DNA of 64,000 nt from an uncultured Methanosarcinales archaeon (GTDB taxonomy: Archaea; Nanobdellota; Nanobdellia; Woesearchaeales; GW2011-AR9), in the NCBI GenBank assembly GCA_964344235.1, contig CAYFMJ010000001.1, positions 283,020 through 347,019 on the forward strand, in the 5' to 3' direction. The notes under the pieces were generated by a model. It was not told the origin of the DNA. It made no database searches and saw nothing but the letters and a program-made list of their open reading frames with translations. Shown one piece after another: positions 62,684-64,000 of the stretch. How positions within the stretch are numbered: the stretch's first letter is position 1; each line of letters starts with the position of its first letter. Position numbers and translations under genes: made by a program.

Positions 62684-64000
62684 AGTAGCTCGTTAAGTTT
62701 GATATTTTTCTGTGGTAGATCTTCAGCGTCAATGAACATCCTATGCCATAGTTCAAAATTGATAAATGTGAATAGCTGTTTGCCGTATAAAAGTTTTGAG
62801 GAATTGTAATTCTGCCAGATTTTTTGAATGTGGTGATAATTGAAATAGCCACGTTTCTTTACGGATGAAAGGGTAAAGAGCTGTTCAGTGAGGTCTTTCA
62901 ATTCTTCTTTATACCATCTATCAAGTGGCATGAGGAATGGATGTTTTTTGTTATTGTTTTTTGGAAGAAGTTTACTCATCGCTTGTTTTAGGATGATTTT
63001 ATCTTTCTTGAACTTTGGATCGAGCGTTGTTGCGTGTTCAACTATATTGTGGTCCAAAAATGGCACACGACCTTCAATAGAGTGAGACATAGTCATTCTA
63101 TCATTAATGTGAAGCACATAATTTGGTAACCATGTTTTGGAGTCGTAATAGAGCATACGGTTAATAATGGGTTTGCGACTTTTTTGCCAATGTTGTTGTA
63201 GTTGTTTGTTTTCAAGTTTTTGAAGATGTAACTGCTTCTGGTCATTATTACTGAGAATGGAAGTAAATTGTTGATATTGTTGAAGTTCTGTTTGTTTTTT
63301 TGCAAATAAATCAATGAATTTCTCTTTGCCTTTTTCTCCAATTGAGGAGGGATAGTTGAAGAGTTTGTCTAAGACCGGGATGGGAATTGCTTTTGCAAGT
63401 GGTTGGGGAATAAATTTGAGTTTCTGTGCTTGCAACATTTTTTGGTATTGTACGTAACCGCCATAGATTTCATCAGCTCCCTCCCCGGAGAGAACAACTT
63501 TGACTTTTTTGGATGCTAATTCTGAGAGTTTGAATTGTGGAATCACAACAGGATCACCATGGGGCATGTCTAAGTGCCAGAGGATTGTTGGCAGAAGTTC
63601 TGAGATGTTGTTGTTGTTGTTGATTTCATGATGGTCTGTGTTGAAGTGGTCTGCGATAACTCTTGCTTTATGCAGTTCATCAGCTTCGCTGTTCTCAAAT
63701 CCTACCGAGAACGTTTTGACGGGTTCTTGTTTAATCTGAGAAGCAAGTGCAGTAATGGCAGAGGAATCTAAACCGCCAGAGAGGTATACACCAACGGGAA
63801 CATCTGCTACAAGACGTTTCTTGACAGATTCGTGTAGTAAGTCATGGACTTCCTTGGTGGCGTTATTGTTTTGTTTGATGTTTGGGAGAGGAATGTTCCA
63901 GAACTGACTGATTGTTAATCGGTTTTCTTTAAGAATCATATAATGGCCTGGGAGCAGCTTCTTGATGTTTTGGAATAATGTTTCTTCCCCTGGAATGTAA
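62680..64000 (-). CDS. asparagine synthetase (glutamine-hydrolysing)-like amidotransferase; N-terminus lies outside the window
   Basis: VPVGVYLSGGLDSSAITALAS is the AsnB PP-loop (SGGLDSS). The reading frame stays open upstream of the listed Met to the window edge, reading ...YIPGEETLFQNIKKLLPGHY, which is a typical AsnB glutaminase/synthetase junction. Confidence 0.75.
   Translation of the reverse strand, partial: YIPGEETLFQNIKKLLPGHYMILKENRLTISQFWNIPLPNIKQNNNATKEVHDLLHESVKKRLVADVPVGVYLSGGLDSSAITALASQIKQEPVKTFSVGFENSEADELHKARVIADHFNTDHHEINNNNNISELLPTILWHLDMPHGDPVVIPQFKLSELASKKVKVVLSGEGADEIYGGYVQYQKMLQAQKLKFIPQPLAKAIPIPVLDKLFNYPSSIGEKGKEKFIDLFAKKQTELQQYQQFTSILSNNDQKQLHLQKLENKQLQQHWQKSRKPIINRMLYYDSKTWLPNYVLHINDRMTMSHSIEGRVPFLDHNIVEHATTLDPKFKKDKIILKQAMSKLLPKNNNKKHPFLMPLDRWYKEELKDLTEQLFTLSSVKKRGYFNYHHIQKIWQNYNSSKLLYGKQLFTFINFELWHRMFIDAEDLPQKNIKLNELL

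Noticed and set aside
1-64000. CRISPR arrays, transposases, integrases or other mobile-element signatures
   Set aside because: There are no regularly spaced direct repeats, no IS-like inverted-repeat-flanked ORFs, and no recombinase motifs among the ~60 ORFs. The mosaic GC pattern alone is insufficient to call a mobile element.

Overview
This window is AT-rich (roughly 30-45% GC by eye, varying block to block) and almost certainly archaeal. TTTAWATA boxes sit with their centres 23-28 nt upstream of at least six start codons, which fits leaderless archaeal promoters. There is an STT3/AglB oligosaccharyltransferase with a WWDYGYW motif and a downstream DK motif, and a split Alg13/Alg14 pair. 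A two-subunit ATP-citrate lyase lies at the left edge, partly outside the window. The remaining ~62 kb is one large, mosaic protein-glycosylation / surface-glycan island with about 60 genes. Lipid-carrier and transfer steps: UppP, AglB, two further GT-C membrane glycosyltransferases, two Wzx-like flippases, Alg13/Alg14, a Dpm1/ArnC-like GT2 with an ArnE/ArnF-like pair of small transporters, three GT4 enzymes and one further DxD glycosyltransferase. Sugar-nucleotide tailoring: four stand-alone DegT-family aminotransferases plus one fused to an SDR dehydratase, WecB 2-epimerase, a Gfo/Idh/MocA dehydrogenase, two SDR epimerase/dehydratases, two LbH acyltransferases, two CE4 deacetylases, an AsnB-like amidotransferase at the right edge (partly outside the window), and three class I methyltransferases. 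Modules less usual for archaea: (i) two B12-binding radical SAM enzymes, each next to a paralogous single-cluster ferredoxin gene; (ii) three FemAB-like paralogues, two of them in repeated DegT-like + FemAB-like pairs; (iii) a NeuB/NeuA nonulosonic-acid module with two APH-fold kinases and a HAD phosphatase; (iv) an acyl-AMP ligase + ACP + AcpS + NeuD-like acyltransferase module; (v) a fosfomycin-like early phosphonate module. The phosphonate module comprises a Fom1-like cytidylyltransferase-PEP mutase fusion carrying the EDKX5NS signature, a FomC-like Fe-ADH and a Fom3-like B12-rSAM, flanked by two alkaline-phosphatase-superfamily (EptA/LtaS-like and NPP-like) candidate transferases, a KpsS-like protein and a LicC-like nucleotidyltransferase. 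I saw no rRNA, tRNA, CRISPR array, transposase or integrase. A 344-bp non-coding gap (53549-53892) contains a perfect 8-bp-stem palindrome and a tandem 11-mer.
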